Shown here: piece after piece, positions 21,557-31,659 of the stretch | How positions within the stretch are numbered: the first letter of the stretch is position 1 | Layout of the letters: every line of letters starts with the position of its first letter | Source of the DNA: an uncultured Alphaproteobacteria bacterium | GTDB lineage: Bacteria; Pseudomonadota; Alphaproteobacteria; RF32; CAG-239 | Length of the DNA: 64,000 nt | Direction of reading: 5' to 3' | Assembly: GCA_944392155.1 (NCBI GenBank) | Contig: CALXVR010000001.1 | Span: 18,309-82,308, forward strand | Notes under the pieces: generated by a model | The model's database searches: none | What the model saw: only the letters and a program-made list of their open reading frames with translations | Told to the model about the DNA's origin: nothing | Translations under genes and position numbers: made by a program

Positions 21557-21943
21557 CTAAATCTGATTTTTTATTGTAAAACGAACATTTAAGGGTTTGG
21601 TCGATTCCTTAACGATTTCCAAAGCCTCTCCCTCGCGATAAAACAACAAACTATCACCCCGCTGACCTTGATAAGTCCATCCGAGTTGGGGTAATGTATC
21701 AACATAGAATTTTTTAACGCTTTTAAAACCCACCTTTGACCCGGTTAAAACCGCCTCAACCAATCGAGCTTCTTCGTTGCCGAAAGAGAAGTTGTCATTT
21801 TTTATTTGTGACAACCCCTTCATAATCGGGATATCTTCATATCCTTCTAAAAAAGAAGCTGCGTTGGCAGAGCCTAAAAAAACAAATAAGGTCGACAATA
21901 CAACCGCCAAAAAACAAATTTTATTCTTCATTGCTATCATCAC
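21557..21943 (-). CDS. Hypothetical secreted protein (128 aa)
   Basis: Signal peptide ...FLAVVLSTLFVFLGSANA. Overlaps the fpg stop (operon fpg-hyp-echA). Confidence 0.5.
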   Translation of the reverse strand: MMIAMKNKICFLAVVLSTLFVFLGSANAASFLEGYEDIPIMKGLSQIKNDNFSFGNEEARLVEAVLTGSKVGFKSVKKFYVDTLPQLGWTYQGQRGDSLLFYREGEALEIVKESTKPLNVRFTIKNQI

Positions 21944-22779
21944 TTTTGCTTAACCGCACAATAAAATGTTGAACGTCCGGCTTGAGTAATTTTTTTTATA
22001 CCGCCGGTTTCAAAAACGTCACAAGTACACAAAGGACATTTTTGCCCTGTTTTGTTATAAACACAATGCATATTTTGAAAATACCCCAAGCTTCCATCTG
22101 GTTTTTTATAGTCATGAATGCTGGAACCGCCTGCTTCAATGGCTTTTTGCAATATTTTTTGAACACTACGGACCAGAGTTTCACATTCTTTTTGTGTTAA
22201 ATCATCTGAATTTCTCAGCGGGCTGATGCCGGCATCGAAAAGAGCTTCGGAAGCATAAATATTGCCGATTCCATTAATAATGCTTTGGTCTAACAGCGCA
22301 ACTTTGATAGGAATTTTTTTGTTCTTAAGTTTATTAAATAAAAACAAGCCGTTTAGTTTCTTGTCAAAAGGCTCGATTCCAATATGAGTAAAAATCGGAT
22401 TCTTTTCTAAATTGGCTGTTTCAACATATTCTAACATTCCAAATCGACGAGCATCATTATAAACTAAAAAACACTTATCAGTCTCAATGATGACATGATC
22501 ATGTTTTTCAAGTTTTTGGGGGAGACTATCAAAAATTTTAATCTTGCCGCTCATCCCCAAATGCCAGATTATGCTTAGTCCGTTGTTAAGCGTAATAATT
22601 AAGTATTTAGCCCGTCTGGAAATCATAATGATTTGAGAGCCTTCGATTCTTTTTGCAAAATCGTCAGGGATTATTTTGCGAAAACGGTTGTTGAAAACGC
22701 GGACACTAATTATATTAGCTTTATCAATAGCTTTTATAAGTGCATTTTTAATCGTTTCAACCTCAGGTAACTCCGGCAT
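21940..22779 (-). CDS. mutM: Formamidopyrimidine-DNA glycosylase
   Basis: N-terminus MPELPEVE (catalytic Pro2 and Glu3). C-terminal zinc finger CxxC...CxxC (CPLCTCDV...YCAVKQ). Start trimmed to MPELPEV. Confidence 0.85.
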   Translation of the reverse strand: MPELPEVETIKNALIKAIDKANIISVRVFNNRFRKIIPDDFAKRIEGSQIIMISRRAKYLIITLNNGLSIIWHLGMSGKIKIFDSLPQKLEKHDHVIIETDKCFLVYNDARRFGMLEYVETANLEKNPIFTHIGIEPFDKKLNGLFLFNKLKNKKIPIKVALLDQSIINGIGNIYASEALFDAGISPLRNSDDLTQKECETLVRSVQKILQKAIEAGGSSIHDYKKPDGSLGYFQNMHCVYNKTGQKCPLCTCDVFETGGIKKITQAGRSTFYCAVKQK

Positions 22780-22803
22780 ATTAACCTCACAAAGAAACAT
22801 CAA

Positions 22804-23889
22804 ATGATAAACCGCCTAACATATTTTTGCAAAAAACTCAATCTAAGCATAACACTTGCCCGACATGACTTGTTGTGCCTGATAGAAGGTTTGTCATCTT
22901 TTTCAAATGTTATAAATCTTGCCCGAATATTTGTAAAGCATTCAAACCTTCCTCTATCAGAAAGGCTGAATGATTTGCTGACAAAGATAGATTTGCCGAG
23001 TCTTTGTGTTTCAGAATTATCCGCTTTGGCTTTTGCACGCAGCGGCATATTTTTTAGCCCGAAAAGAAAAGAACAAAACCATAAGGCAGGAAGGCTTGTT
23101 TTGCAGAAAGCAGCGCCGTTTTTACAAAAAAGTTTTTTTCTGAAGCTTTTGCAAGAAATATATGATTTGGATTTCAACGAATACAAAGACGGATTCTCGG
23201 ATTTAAAAAGTCATATGGAAGAAGATATGCGTCTTTATGCATCAGAGAGAGAAGATGTTTTAAAGTTTTCAAATGGTTCATCGGAGAAACTTCCCCTGCA
23301 GACCGATTGGCAACAAACAACTCATAATGAATGGGTGGTCGATTCTCTTGTGGATTTTTCCTTAACTCAAAATTTAACTTCTGAAAGTCGCCAAAATCTG
23401 GCAGAACTTTACGCAAAACAACTTTTTGAGAAAGGTTTTTTTGTTTTCGGTTTTAACCGCATTGCCGTCGATTCTCAAAATAGAGTCACTTTTGCAGAGG
23501 CGGATTCTGTTTTTGATGTCTCTGGCAAATATTGTGTTGCAATATTAAGAGATGAACCTCTACCGCATGATAATATTTCATACAGATTAAAATATTCATT
23601 AGAGCAACTGTCGCAAATCTGCACCAAAGATGTCGTTAAAAAAGTTTTTAAAAATTATACGAAAAACTACCATGAAAAAACGGTGTTTTTGCCGCAAGAT
23701 AAAAAAATATCAGAATTTATGAGCAATTATTTTGTAAAAGAAAACAAAACAAATGAAACAAGCTTCTGGTCTAGGCATATTGAAAAGATGCAGTCTCAAT
23801 CCAAAACATCTCTTAATAAAACTTCGATTCTCTATTGGGGCCCTGCTTTAATTGTCGGAATGATTCTTTTTTCTTTGTTGCATTTTTAG
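22804..23889 (+). CDS. Hypothetical 361-aa protein with a single C-terminal TM helix (tail-anchored), lineage-specific
   Basis: Long ORF ending ...ILYWGPALIVGMILFSLLHF. The start lies only 24 bp from the divergent fpg start. The 3' end overlaps the RHH ORF by 77 bp. Confidence 0.5.
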   Translation: MINRLTYFCKKLNLSITLARHDLLCLIEGLSSFSNVINLARIFVKHSNLPLSERLNDLLTKIDLPSLCVSELSALAFARSGIFFSPKRKEQNHKAGRLVLQKAAPFLQKSFFLKLLQEIYDLDFNEYKDGFSDLKSHMEEDMRLYASEREDVLKFSNGSSEKLPLQTDWQQTTHNEWVVDSLVDFSLTQNLTSESRQNLAELYAKQLFEKGFFVFGFNRIAVDSQNRVTFAEADSVFDVSGKYCVAILRDEPLPHDNISYRLKYSLEQLSQICTKDVVKKVFKNYTKNYHEKTVFLPQDKKISEFMSNYFVKENKTNETSFWSRHIEKMQSQSKTSLNKTSILYWGPALIVGMILFSLLHF

Positions 23890-24181
23890 GGGAGCAAAGA
23901 TTATCCAACATTATACTAATTCTGTTTTCTCCTCGCGTCTGTTTTAAAACATCTTGGGGGCGAAGAGCCTTATTATAAAAATAAAATAAAGTAAAAAGCC
24001 TGGTCAAATACGTTAAGCCCAGACAAGAATTTTTTTTGTTTTCGACAAGTTCAATAAGTCTGTTTCTGGAGATACCCTCGTCAAAACAAATTTTTTCCAA
24101 AGCCATCCATTCACTTTGGCACAGACGCATACTTGTGCGTCGCTCATTAATAACAAGAACTTTATTAATCAACTTTGTCAT
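23813..24181 (-). CDS. Ribbon-helix-helix domain protein (RHH_4-like, alphaproteobacterial)
   Basis: N-terminal KRSxRL...W.ALE.I...G.S...LI pattern (SMRLCQSEWMALEKICFDEGISRNRLIELVE). The C-terminal 25 aa overlap the convergent gene and may be spurious. Confidence 0.45.
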   Translation of the reverse strand: MTKLINKVLVINERRTSMRLCQSEWMALEKICFDEGISRNRLIELVENKKNSCLGLTYLTRLFTLFYFYNKALRPQDVLKQTRGENRISIMLDNLCSPKNATKKKESFRQLKQGPNRESKFY

Positions 24182-24309
24182 AGGTAAGTCTTCAGAGTAT
24201 CAGTAATAATGTTAAAACTATATTCTGTTGCCAACAAAAGCAGAATAGGTTAATAATATAAATTCAAAATCGCAAAATACAACCTTAAAAAGAAAAAATT
24301 AATACTTCT

Positions 24310-24855
24310 ATGAAAAAAGCTGTGCGAAGTCGAAAATATTTTGCGCCGCAAACGGATGATAAAGAGCGGCGTTGCGACCATCCTGGGTGTAACAAACCCG
24401 GAGAATATCGTGCGCCTAAAAACCGCAAATTGAAGGAGTATTATTGGTTCTGCCTTGAGCATGTGCAAGAATACAATGCAAAATGGAACTATTATGAGGG
24501 AATTTCCACCGATGCGCCGGAAGAAGAGCCCAAACGTCGAATGCACTTCAGAGGTTTCAAATCGCGCATAAAATATAACTTTGGCTACAACATTAAAGAT
24601 GATTTCGGATTCTTTGGCGAATATGCCACTGATTTTGCGGCGATGGATGAAGTCTATTACAACGAGGAAGAACGTCGCTTTTTGCAAATTATGGAACTTA
24701 AACCTTCGGAAGTAAGTATTGAGAGCTTAAAGAAACAATACAAAAAACTGGTAAAAAAATATCATCCGGATGTCAACCAAGATGATAAAACGGCTGAAGA
24801 AAAATTTAAGCAATTAACCATAGCCTATAAAGCATTGCTGGCTAAGTTTTCTTAA
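24310..24855 (+). CDS. J-domain protein with the DnaJ domain at the C-terminus and a Cys/His-rich N-terminus
   Basis: J-domain signature KKYHPDVNQDD with helix II/III context (SLKKQYKKLVKKYHPD...EEKFKQLTIAYKALL). Confidence 0.7.
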   Translation: MKKAVRSRKYFAPQTDDKERRCDHPGCNKPGEYRAPKNRKLKEYYWFCLEHVQEYNAKWNYYEGISTDAPEEEPKRRMHFRGFKSRIKYNFGYNIKDDFGFFGEYATDFAAMDEVYYNEEERRFLQIMELKPSEVSIESLKKQYKKLVKKYHPDVNQDDKTAEEKFKQLTIAYKALLAKFS

Positions 24856-25283
24856 AATTTTTGAGACAGATTTTGGCAGGCCTTTTCAATTAACCGATAA
24901 ACATGGTCAAAGTTCGAAGAACCGTATGGATTCGGAACAAAACTTTCTTGCGCGTAAGAGGCCAAATTATCGATTTTTGCCCTTTGATAACGTTCATCTC
25001 CCAAAGGACGACGCAGTTCCAAATAGTCAGCGCTGTCATCGTCCATGGTTAGGATAAGGTCAAAATTTGCAAAATCCTCGGCAAAAACAGGTCTGGAACG
25101 CAAGGCGGATATATCCACCCCGTGCTGCGCGGCACAAGCGACGGCATGCCTGTCTGGGGCATCACCGCCGACAGCGCAGATTCCGGCAGAATCCACAAAC
25201 CAATCAGGTCGGAGCTCGCGCATAACACCTTCCGCCATAGGTGAGCGCCAGATATTAGCGGAACACACAAACAAAATTTTCAT
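24852..25283 (-). CDS. Low-molecular-weight protein-tyrosine phosphatase / arsenate-reductase-fold (LMW-PTP)
   Basis: P-loop CSANIWRSP, which is the CX5R(S/T) motif, and a downstream DD. The start is 1 nt after the Lon-like gene stop, indicating operon linkage. Confidence 0.75.
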   Translation of the reverse strand: MKILFVCSANIWRSPMAEGVMRELRPDWFVDSAGICAVGGDAPDRHAVACAAQHGVDISALRSRPVFAEDFANFDLILTMDDDSADYLELRRPLGDERYQRAKIDNLASYAQESFVPNPYGSSNFDHVYRLIEKACQNLSQKF

Positions 25284-25284
25284 T

Positions 25285-27756
25285 TTATTTTCCGAGGCAG
25301 CCATGAGTTTCTCTGGCAAAATGAACATATTTATCATAATAGTGTTCCAAACTTTTCTTTACCAGATAGTTAACGGTTCCTTTCGGAAACTCACCTTTCT
25401 TATCAGGTTTTCCGGCCGGAATTCCGGTCAGAATCTCAATACCGTCATCGACCGTATCAACCGCCCAGATATGAAAACGTCCTTCATCAACAGCCGCTAA
25501 GACATCTTCTCGAAGCATTAAGTCTTTGACATTTGTCCGCGGAATAATAACACCTTGTGTTCCGGTCAAACCGCGATGGTTGCATACATCAAAGAAACCT
25601 TCGATTTTCTCATTAGCTCCGCCAATAGGTTGAATTTCACCAAACTGGTTGATAGAGCCCGTAACCGCAATATTTTGCTTAATCGGGAGGTTTGCAATGG
25701 CGGAAAGCAAGCAATAATATTCGGTTGAAGAAGCACTGTCGCCGTCAACCCCACCGTAAGATTGTTCAAACACGATAGATGCAGAAAGCGAAAGCGGATA
25801 TTCTTTGGCAAAACGGTTAGCAATGAGCGATTGCAAAATCAACACGCCCTTACTGTGAATAGGACCGCTCATATCAACTTCACGTTCAATATTAATAAAC
25901 TCGCCTTTGCCGATTCTGACTTGTGTCGTAATTCGGGAGGGTTTGCCGAAAGATGTGCGTGAGAAGTTGTAAACGACCAGTCCGTTGATTTGTCCGACAC
26001 GCTCGCCTTCAACATCAATCAGTATGGTGCCTTTGTCAATTTGTTCAAGCATAGCCTGTTTGATGCGGTCGCTTCTATATATTTGCGCATTAATAGCCTG
26101 TTCAATGTGATTTTTACCGATTTGGTTAGCCTTAGACTTACGCGCCCAATAATCAGCTTCCCGCAAAAGGTCGCCGATGGATGCAATATGCGCTGTCAAT
26201 TTTTCGGAATCTTCGGCCAAACGAGATGAGTATTCAATAACCTTGGCAACAGCCTGTCTGTTGAGCGAACGCAAATGTTTTTTCTTTGAGAGCGAGCCGA
26301 TAAGTTTGGCATATTCCAGTTCATTTTCTTCGGTTCTGTCCATCAAAACACCGAAATCTGCTTCAACTTTGAAATAATCCGAGAAATCAGGGTCTCTTTC
26401 CGACAAAACTTCGTAAAGCTCCTCATCTCCGGTCAAAATCACTTTTACATCAAGCGGAATAGGCATCGGATCAAGAGAGATGGTTGTAAAGCTTGTTTCA
26501 TCGCTCGGTGTTTCAATTTTGATGGTTTTAGAAGCCAGAGCGCGCTTCAGTGAGTCCCAAGCATAAGGTTGCAAAAGCAGTTTTCTTGCATCAATTAAAA
26601 GGAAACCACCGTTTGCATGGTGCAAAGCACCTGCCTTAATAAGGGTAAAGTCTGTCAACAAAGCACCATATTGTTGCAAGCGCTCAACTTTACCAACCAA
26701 ATTTCCTTGCGTCGGGTGATCCAAATGAACAATCGGAGCTCCTGAATTAGGCTCATTTTTAACCACAACATTGACCTTGAACTTAGCAAACTTATCTTCT
26801 TCTTGCTTGTTCATACGACTGAGCAAAGCGGTTAAAGCATCTTCGCCTTCTCCGGAACCGTTACTTTCATTTCCGCCGTTCGGCAAAAAGTCTTCAATAT
26901 TTTCAATAATATTTTTCTGAACAGCTTTTAAGAAGTCTCCGACTTGTTTATGACCTTTATATTTATGACGCAGATTATCAATAGGATTTTTGACGGCGAC
27001 TTTAATAAATTTTTCGCGTAACAAAGCAGATTCTTTGCGTTGTTTATCTTCCCATTCCGGCAGATCTTGAGCGGAATTCTCAATTTCTTCCTGCATAGCA
27101 TTTAAGTCTTCAATCAAAGACTTTTTCTCATCTTCAGGCAGCTCGTCAAAAGCTTCGGGGCTTAAAACTTCTCCGTTTTTAACCGGAGCAACCACTAAGC
27201 CGACCGGCATGTGTAACAAAGACACACTTTTACCTTTGGCTTTTTTCTGCAATAAGCGGACATATTCTTCTTTTTTCTGCTTATATTTTTCGCGAATAAT
27301 ACTCAAAGCTGCTTTATATTCGTCGCTGTCTAAAACAGCGGGAATAGAGGAAGAAAACTCCTCAATCAACTTATCAATATCTTTTGCAAATTCCGGAGCT
27401 TCGCCGGCTTCAAAAGAGATAGCAATAGGTTTGTGTGGCTCTTCAAAATTATAAACATAGACCCAGTCTTTAGGTGTAGGTCGATTCTTTGCCTCTTTGA
27501 CCAAAATACGCTTGACCAAGCTGGTCTTTCCCGTTCCCTCAGGACCGAGGCAAAATAAGTTATACCCTTTTGACTTAATATTAATACCGAGTTCCACAGC
27601 GCTTATTGCTCTGTCTTGTCCCAAAGCAGAAAGCCTTTCTTCAAGCTCAGCCGTAGTTGTAAACTCAAACTTGTGCGGATCGCATTTTTTGTATAACTCA
27701 TCAGATTTCAATTTTGAGATAGCCATTTTACAAAAATCCTTATATATTTTAAGCAT
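25285..27756 (-). CDS. Lon-like AAA+ serine protease of COG1067/LonB type (~800 aa) without a Lon N-terminal domain
   Basis: Walker A GPEGTGKTS near the N-terminus. C-terminal S16 protease domain with ...GGVDGDSASSTEYY... (Ser) and a downstream Lys. The start may instead be MAISKLK at 27726. Confidence 0.85.
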   Translation of the reverse strand: MLKIYKDFCKMAISKLKSDELYKKCDPHKFEFTTTAELEERLSALGQDRAISAVELGINIKSKGYNLFCLGPEGTGKTSLVKRILVKEAKNRPTPKDWVYVYNFEEPHKPIAISFEAGEAPEFAKDIDKLIEEFSSSIPAVLDSDEYKAALSIIREKYKQKKEEYVRLLQKKAKGKSVSLLHMPVGLVVAPVKNGEVLSPEAFDELPEDEKKSLIEDLNAMQEEIENSAQDLPEWEDKQRKESALLREKFIKVAVKNPIDNLRHKYKGHKQVGDFLKAVQKNIIENIEDFLPNGGNESNGSGEGEDALTALLSRMNKQEEDKFAKFKVNVVVKNEPNSGAPIVHLDHPTQGNLVGKVERLQQYGALLTDFTLIKAGALHHANGGFLLIDARKLLLQPYAWDSLKRALASKTIKIETPSDETSFTTISLDPMPIPLDVKVILTGDEELYEVLSERDPDFSDYFKVEADFGVLMDRTEENELEYAKLIGSLSKKKHLRSLNRQAVAKVIEYSSRLAEDSEKLTAHIASIGDLLREADYWARKSKANQIGKNHIEQAINAQIYRSDRIKQAMLEQIDKGTILIDVEGERVGQINGLVVYNFSRTSFGKPSRITTQVRIGKGEFINIEREVDMSGPIHSKGVLILQSLIANRFAKEYPLSLSASIVFEQSYGGVDGDSASSTEYYCLLSAIANLPIKQNIAVTGSINQFGEIQPIGGANEKIEGFFDVCNHRGLTGTQGVIIPRTNVKDLMLREDVLAAVDEGRFHIWAVDTVDDGIEILTGIPAGKPDKKGEFPKGTVNYLVKKSLEHYYDKYVHFARETHGCLGK

Positions 27757-27803
27757 TGATAATAATATAACTCCGGAATAACTAATATAGTGTTAAACGT
27801 TAG

Positions 27804-29246
27804 ATGATTTATGTGAAATATATAGCGGTTTTAGCCTTTGGTGTTTTGGCAATAACATATTTATTGTGGTACCTGCGCCGCATTCGCCGAGATCATTTTC
27901 AAAAACTAAGCATAGAAAAACTTCTTGCGCTTAAGGAAGATAGTCGAGCCAAACTCTATCTTAATACGCAAGCATTGCGTCAGATTATCTCAATCTTGTT
28001 AGCAAAGGAAAATAAAAAAAATCGCCGAGCTTTGCTTAATTTGGCTTGCGGCAGAATATCGGCGTTTAAGAATTTTCTTGATAAAAATTCCAAGCTAAAA
28101 ACTCTCGGTAATATCTTGTTTCCGGAAAAAATAGAGGAACTCCCACCGGCAGACAAAGCGGTCTGGTTTTTAAGCCAAAATCAAATAAAAGAAGCAGAAA
28201 AAATAATAGAAAATCTTGCGGACAAAGGCTTATCTCAATATGCCAAAGCCCGCAAACGCTTTGTTCAAGGGTGGATTTTTTTGCGAGATGGCGACATGCT
28301 TTCAGCCTCTCAATGTGCAGCGGAGGCGGCTACGCTCTTTGCTGAGCAAAAGGCTTTTGTTGAAGAAGCTCAAGCCTTGCTGTTGAACGGAACAATATAT
28401 AGACTATCTTGTGTTGAGGATGTTGCCTTAATGATGTTTGATTCTGCCGCAAAAATCTTTAGGTTCTATAAGGATTCGCAAGGCGAAGCAGAGACTTTGG
28501 GCAACAAAGGAATGCTCTGGGTCCTGCAGGAAAAATTTGAGGAAGCGGAGAAAGATTTTGAACAAGCTCTAAGCCTTTGTCCGATTCATAAAAACAAAAT
28601 TCTTACCATCTCAATCCTCAACCAACAAGCATTGCTTAAAATTTTATGCGGACAATACAAGCAAGCTAAAGGATTACTCAAGCAAAGCGAAAAAATCGGT
28701 AAGCAAAGGCATTTTATTAGCGGTTTGGCCTTTTCTGCCGAATTAAGTGCTCATATTTTATTTGCAGATAACAAAAAAGCGGATGCCGCCAAAGAAGCCC
28801 GAAAAGCCGCCAAACTTTATAAGCAGGACAATAATTTATCAGCTTGTTTTGAAAGTTTGTATTTACAAGCGCTGGCTTTGTTTGAGGCAGAACAGACCGA
28901 TGAAGCGGAAAAAATCTTAAGAGAGTTGATAGATCAAGCAAAAAACAAGCAAAGCTCTTTTCATTTAGCCGGAGCTTATAATTTAATGGGGCTTATTTTT
29001 TGGAGAAGAGAGAAAATCAAGCAAGCAAAAGTCTGGTTTCAGGAAGCAGCGGCTTTAGAACAAAAGAATGACAGATATACAGGCGCGGCAACGGATTATG
29101 CCGATATCGGTCTGCTGGAGTTTCAGAAAGGTAATCTGGAAGAAGCGCGTAAAAACTTCAAAACAGCTTTGGACTATGCAGAAATCTACGGCAAGAACAA
29201 ACTCTCGGAAATATTAAAAGCTAAAATTTCAGAACTAAAAATTTAA
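27804..29246 (+). CDS. TPR-repeat protein with an N-terminal TM anchor
   Basis: N-terminal hydrophobic segment. Repeated W-LG-Y/A-EA TPR-like 34-residue periodicity (e.g. AGAYNLMGLIFWRREKIKQAKVWFQEAAALEQ). Confidence 0.65.
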   Translation: MIYVKYIAVLAFGVLAITYLLWYLRRIRRDHFQKLSIEKLLALKEDSRAKLYLNTQALRQIISILLAKENKKNRRALLNLACGRISAFKNFLDKNSKLKTLGNILFPEKIEELPPADKAVWFLSQNQIKEAEKIIENLADKGLSQYAKARKRFVQGWIFLRDGDMLSASQCAAEAATLFAEQKAFVEEAQALLLNGTIYRLSCVEDVALMMFDSAAKIFRFYKDSQGEAETLGNKGMLWVLQEKFEEAEKDFEQALSLCPIHKNKILTISILNQQALLKILCGQYKQAKGLLKQSEKIGKQRHFISGLAFSAELSAHILFADNKKADAAKEARKAAKLYKQDNNLSACFESLYLQALALFEAEQTDEAEKILRELIDQAKNKQSSFHLAGAYNLMGLIFWRREKIKQAKVWFQEAAALEQKNDRYTGAATDYADIGLLEFQKGNLEEARKNFKTALDYAEIYGKNKLSEILKAKISELKI

Positions 29247-30140
29247 CTCAAATTTTATCGGATAACTTCCTTTATGTGCAGATAAAATATCAACATCTTT
29301 AAGTCCAAGGTTTCGATATCCTAAAAGATTGATTGTTGGAATGTAAAATGGGTTAAACCAACTTTTCCCGTCAGTCATAATGATACGGTTTTTAACCTCC
29401 AAATCCGTTTTTGCCAAAAATTTCTTAAAGGTCTCTGACCATGCGGGAATACCGAAATCTCCGGCAATAATCACGGGCTCGTCTTGAGCGAGAATAAATT
29501 CAGCCAGATTATCAAAAACAATTTTCTCTTCTTTTTTGCGAAGAGAAGCAAAATCAACATTAATAAAGACTAAATTTCTATCGCCTTCTTCAAAAACCAA
29601 AAAAGAGGCTCGATGCCGAGGTGAAAGTTTGATTAATCCGGCACGTAAATGATTTTTGTTTGTTAAAATAAAATTTCTCTCATTTTCATCATTTTGATGA
29701 ACTAACTCATATTCGCCAAACATATCCGGCAAATACGCAGGGTTCCGTTTAAGGCTTATACCGATTATATCTGCATTAAATTTTTGCGCATCAACAACTA
29801 ACGGCTCTACGGCACGAACATTATTTTGGTATAAAATCGTAAGGTTATTTTTTCCGTCATGTGCGACATTGGTCGTAATATTGGCAGCTGAAGCAATGGC
29901 ACCGAAATTGACAATCAATAAAAGTAAAGCCGCAGCCGCATGAATAAAAAATTTTCCGAAAAGAGCGTAAACCAAAGCAGCAAAAGTAATGAGATAAAAA
30001 TGGAATTGGAGCAAATTACAAAACCGCCCGACACCCTCACTGCTGAATGAAGCAAAAGTAAGTAACGTTACGGTAATAAGTACAACGTTAAGAAGAAGAT
30101 AATCTCTTTCGTGTTTTTTTCTTTGACTGAAGTAACCCAT
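29235..30140 (-). CDS. Membrane-anchored endonuclease/exonuclease/phosphatase (EEP) family protein
   Basis: Three or four N-terminal TM helices followed by an EEP-like catalytic region (VIIAGDFGIPAWS; ...ILSAHKGSYPI). Confidence 0.55.
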   Translation of the reverse strand: MGYFSQRKKHERDYLLLNVVLITVTLLTFASFSSEGVGRFCNLLQFHFYLITFAALVYALFGKFFIHAAAALLLLIVNFGAIASAANITTNVAHDGKNNLTILYQNNVRAVEPLVVDAQKFNADIIGISLKRNPAYLPDMFGEYELVHQNDENERNFILTNKNHLRAGLIKLSPRHRASFLVFEEGDRNLVFINVDFASLRKKEEKIVFDNLAEFILAQDEPVIIAGDFGIPAWSETFKKFLAKTDLEVKNRIIMTDGKSWFNPFYIPTINLLGYRNLGLKDVDILSAHKGSYPIKFELNF

Positions 30141-30261
30141 TTTTAATTTATTTCTGTTAGCGTGATTTTTGTTGTGTTACAGAGTGCATCTAAATAAAAT
30201 GTAATGCAATACAAATATACTACTCATTAAAAGACAATTTGTAAATGGTGGCCTTAAAATT

Positions 30262-31659
30262 ATGCCGGATCAGGTAATAACTATTCTAACAGCAACGGAC
30301 TTTCTAAGCGCGATATCCGGAAATCTGGATATGATGGCGGGAATGTTCAGTCGCTATTTTTCCGGAGCGGATAATCTGCGTATTGTCTCCATAATCTTGA
30401 TGTTGCTGGCATTTATTCTTTTTTTGTTTTTAATTATCATCTTATATGTCAAATCCATTATCTCTTTTCTAAAAAGCGATCAAGCTGCACAAAACGGCAA
30501 CAGCATTCTGTTTGACGAAAGCGGTTCATCAGAAGCAACAAGTGCAATTGATAACGAAATTGAACTGGAAAGAGAGCTGGAAAAAGAGCTGGCAAGAGAG
30601 TTAGAGCAAGTCCGAGCCGACCAGCAGGAAACGGAAGAGCAACAAATATCCGAACAAAAAAAGCAAGAGATAAAAAAATCTGAAAAGAAAAAAAACGAAC
30701 AAGAAAAATATCAAAAAGCTGAAAGAACGCATGAAAGAGAAAGAATAGCAGGCATAGATCTTGATTGGAAAAAAGGCAAAATCAACGAGCTTGATGCCAA
30801 TAGGGTTATGCTGGATATAGAGAGTTTGCAGTATCAGCAAAGCCACAAAGGACTGCCGGAGCTTTTAGGTCTGATTATAGATATGGCTGGCCGCGGTGTC
30901 GATGATTTAAAAATTGCCCAAACCATAATGTTTCGTAATCAGGGACAAAGTTCGGAAGACGAGATTTTGCAAGTTATTGAGGCTATTAAAGATTTTATCG
31001 CCATGTGTCTGAATGATAAGTTTGAGCAAGTCAAAGCCAACGCTGAAACACCTCTTCCGCAAGAAGACGAGGCATTATATCATCTGGCAAAAGGAGATCC
31101 GTCCTTAGCGTTGGTTTTGATAGAAGCCTTAATGGATGAAGAAATAAACCGTGGCGCGTCTATGAGCCTTGGCGCCAAAAGAGATATGCTGTTTCAGGGT
31201 GTCTCAAACTATGCATGCACTTTTGGATCTTTGGCCGGACTTTCGGATGTGCATTTAGCCACAGGTTCCTTTGAGCTGGCCATAGAGCTTGCTCCGCAGA
31301 ATGTTAATGCTTGGAGCCGCGTGGCAGATATGTATGCCAGAGCCGAGTCAAACAACAAAGCCGTTAAAGCTTATGAGAATGTTTTGGAACTGGCTGATGC
31401 CGAAATCTATCCGCAGCAAGTTGCCAATGCCGAAAAAATGTTGTCTCAGTTCTATTATGCTCAGGGCAACAGTTTGCAAGCAGCAAAATTATATAACAAT
31501 TCCAAAGCTTATTATGATTCCATCGGCATCAATCGTCGTTTGGATAAAAAGGAAGTTGAGATTATTGAAATTATTGAATCTCGCCAAAACGAAGATTTGG
31601 AAGCTACGATTGCCAAAATCTTGCAAAACAGCGATTTGCGACAGTTTAGTTATGCCTAA
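30262..31659 (+). CDS. Hypothetical 465-aa membrane protein with a charged coiled-coil segment and TPR-like C-terminal repeats
   Basis: TM helix ([23 protein letters not shown]). [16 protein letters not shown] and a [12 protein letters not shown] low-complexity region. C-terminal A-rich helical repeats. Confidence 0.55.
   Translation: MPDQVITILTATDFLSAISGNLDMMAGMFSRYFSGADNLRIVSIILMLLAFILFLFLIIILYVKSIISFLKSDQAAQNGNSILFDESGSSEATSAIDNEIELERELEKELARELEQVRADQQETEEQQISEQKKQEIKKSEKKKNEQEKYQKAERTHERERIAGIDLDWKKGKINELDANRVMLDIESLQYQQSHKGLPELLGLIIDMAGRGVDDLKIAQTIMFRNQGQSSEDEILQVIEAIKDFIAMCLNDKFEQVKANAETPLPQEDEALYHLAKGDPSLALVLIEALMDEEINRGASMSLGAKRDMLFQGVSNYACTFGSLAGLSDVHLATGSFELAIELAPQNVNAWSRVADMYARAESNNKAVKAYENVLELADAEIYPQQVANAEKMLSQFYYAQGNSLQAAKLYNNSKAYYDSIGINRRLDKKEVEIIEIIESRQNEDLEATIAKILQNSDLRQFSYA

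Noticed and set aside
25285-27756. Lon-like protease as the BREX BrxL defence component
   Set aside because: No PglX, PglZ, BrxC or other BREX genes are present nearby. Size and partner (LMW-PTP) fit the housekeeping COG1067 family better.
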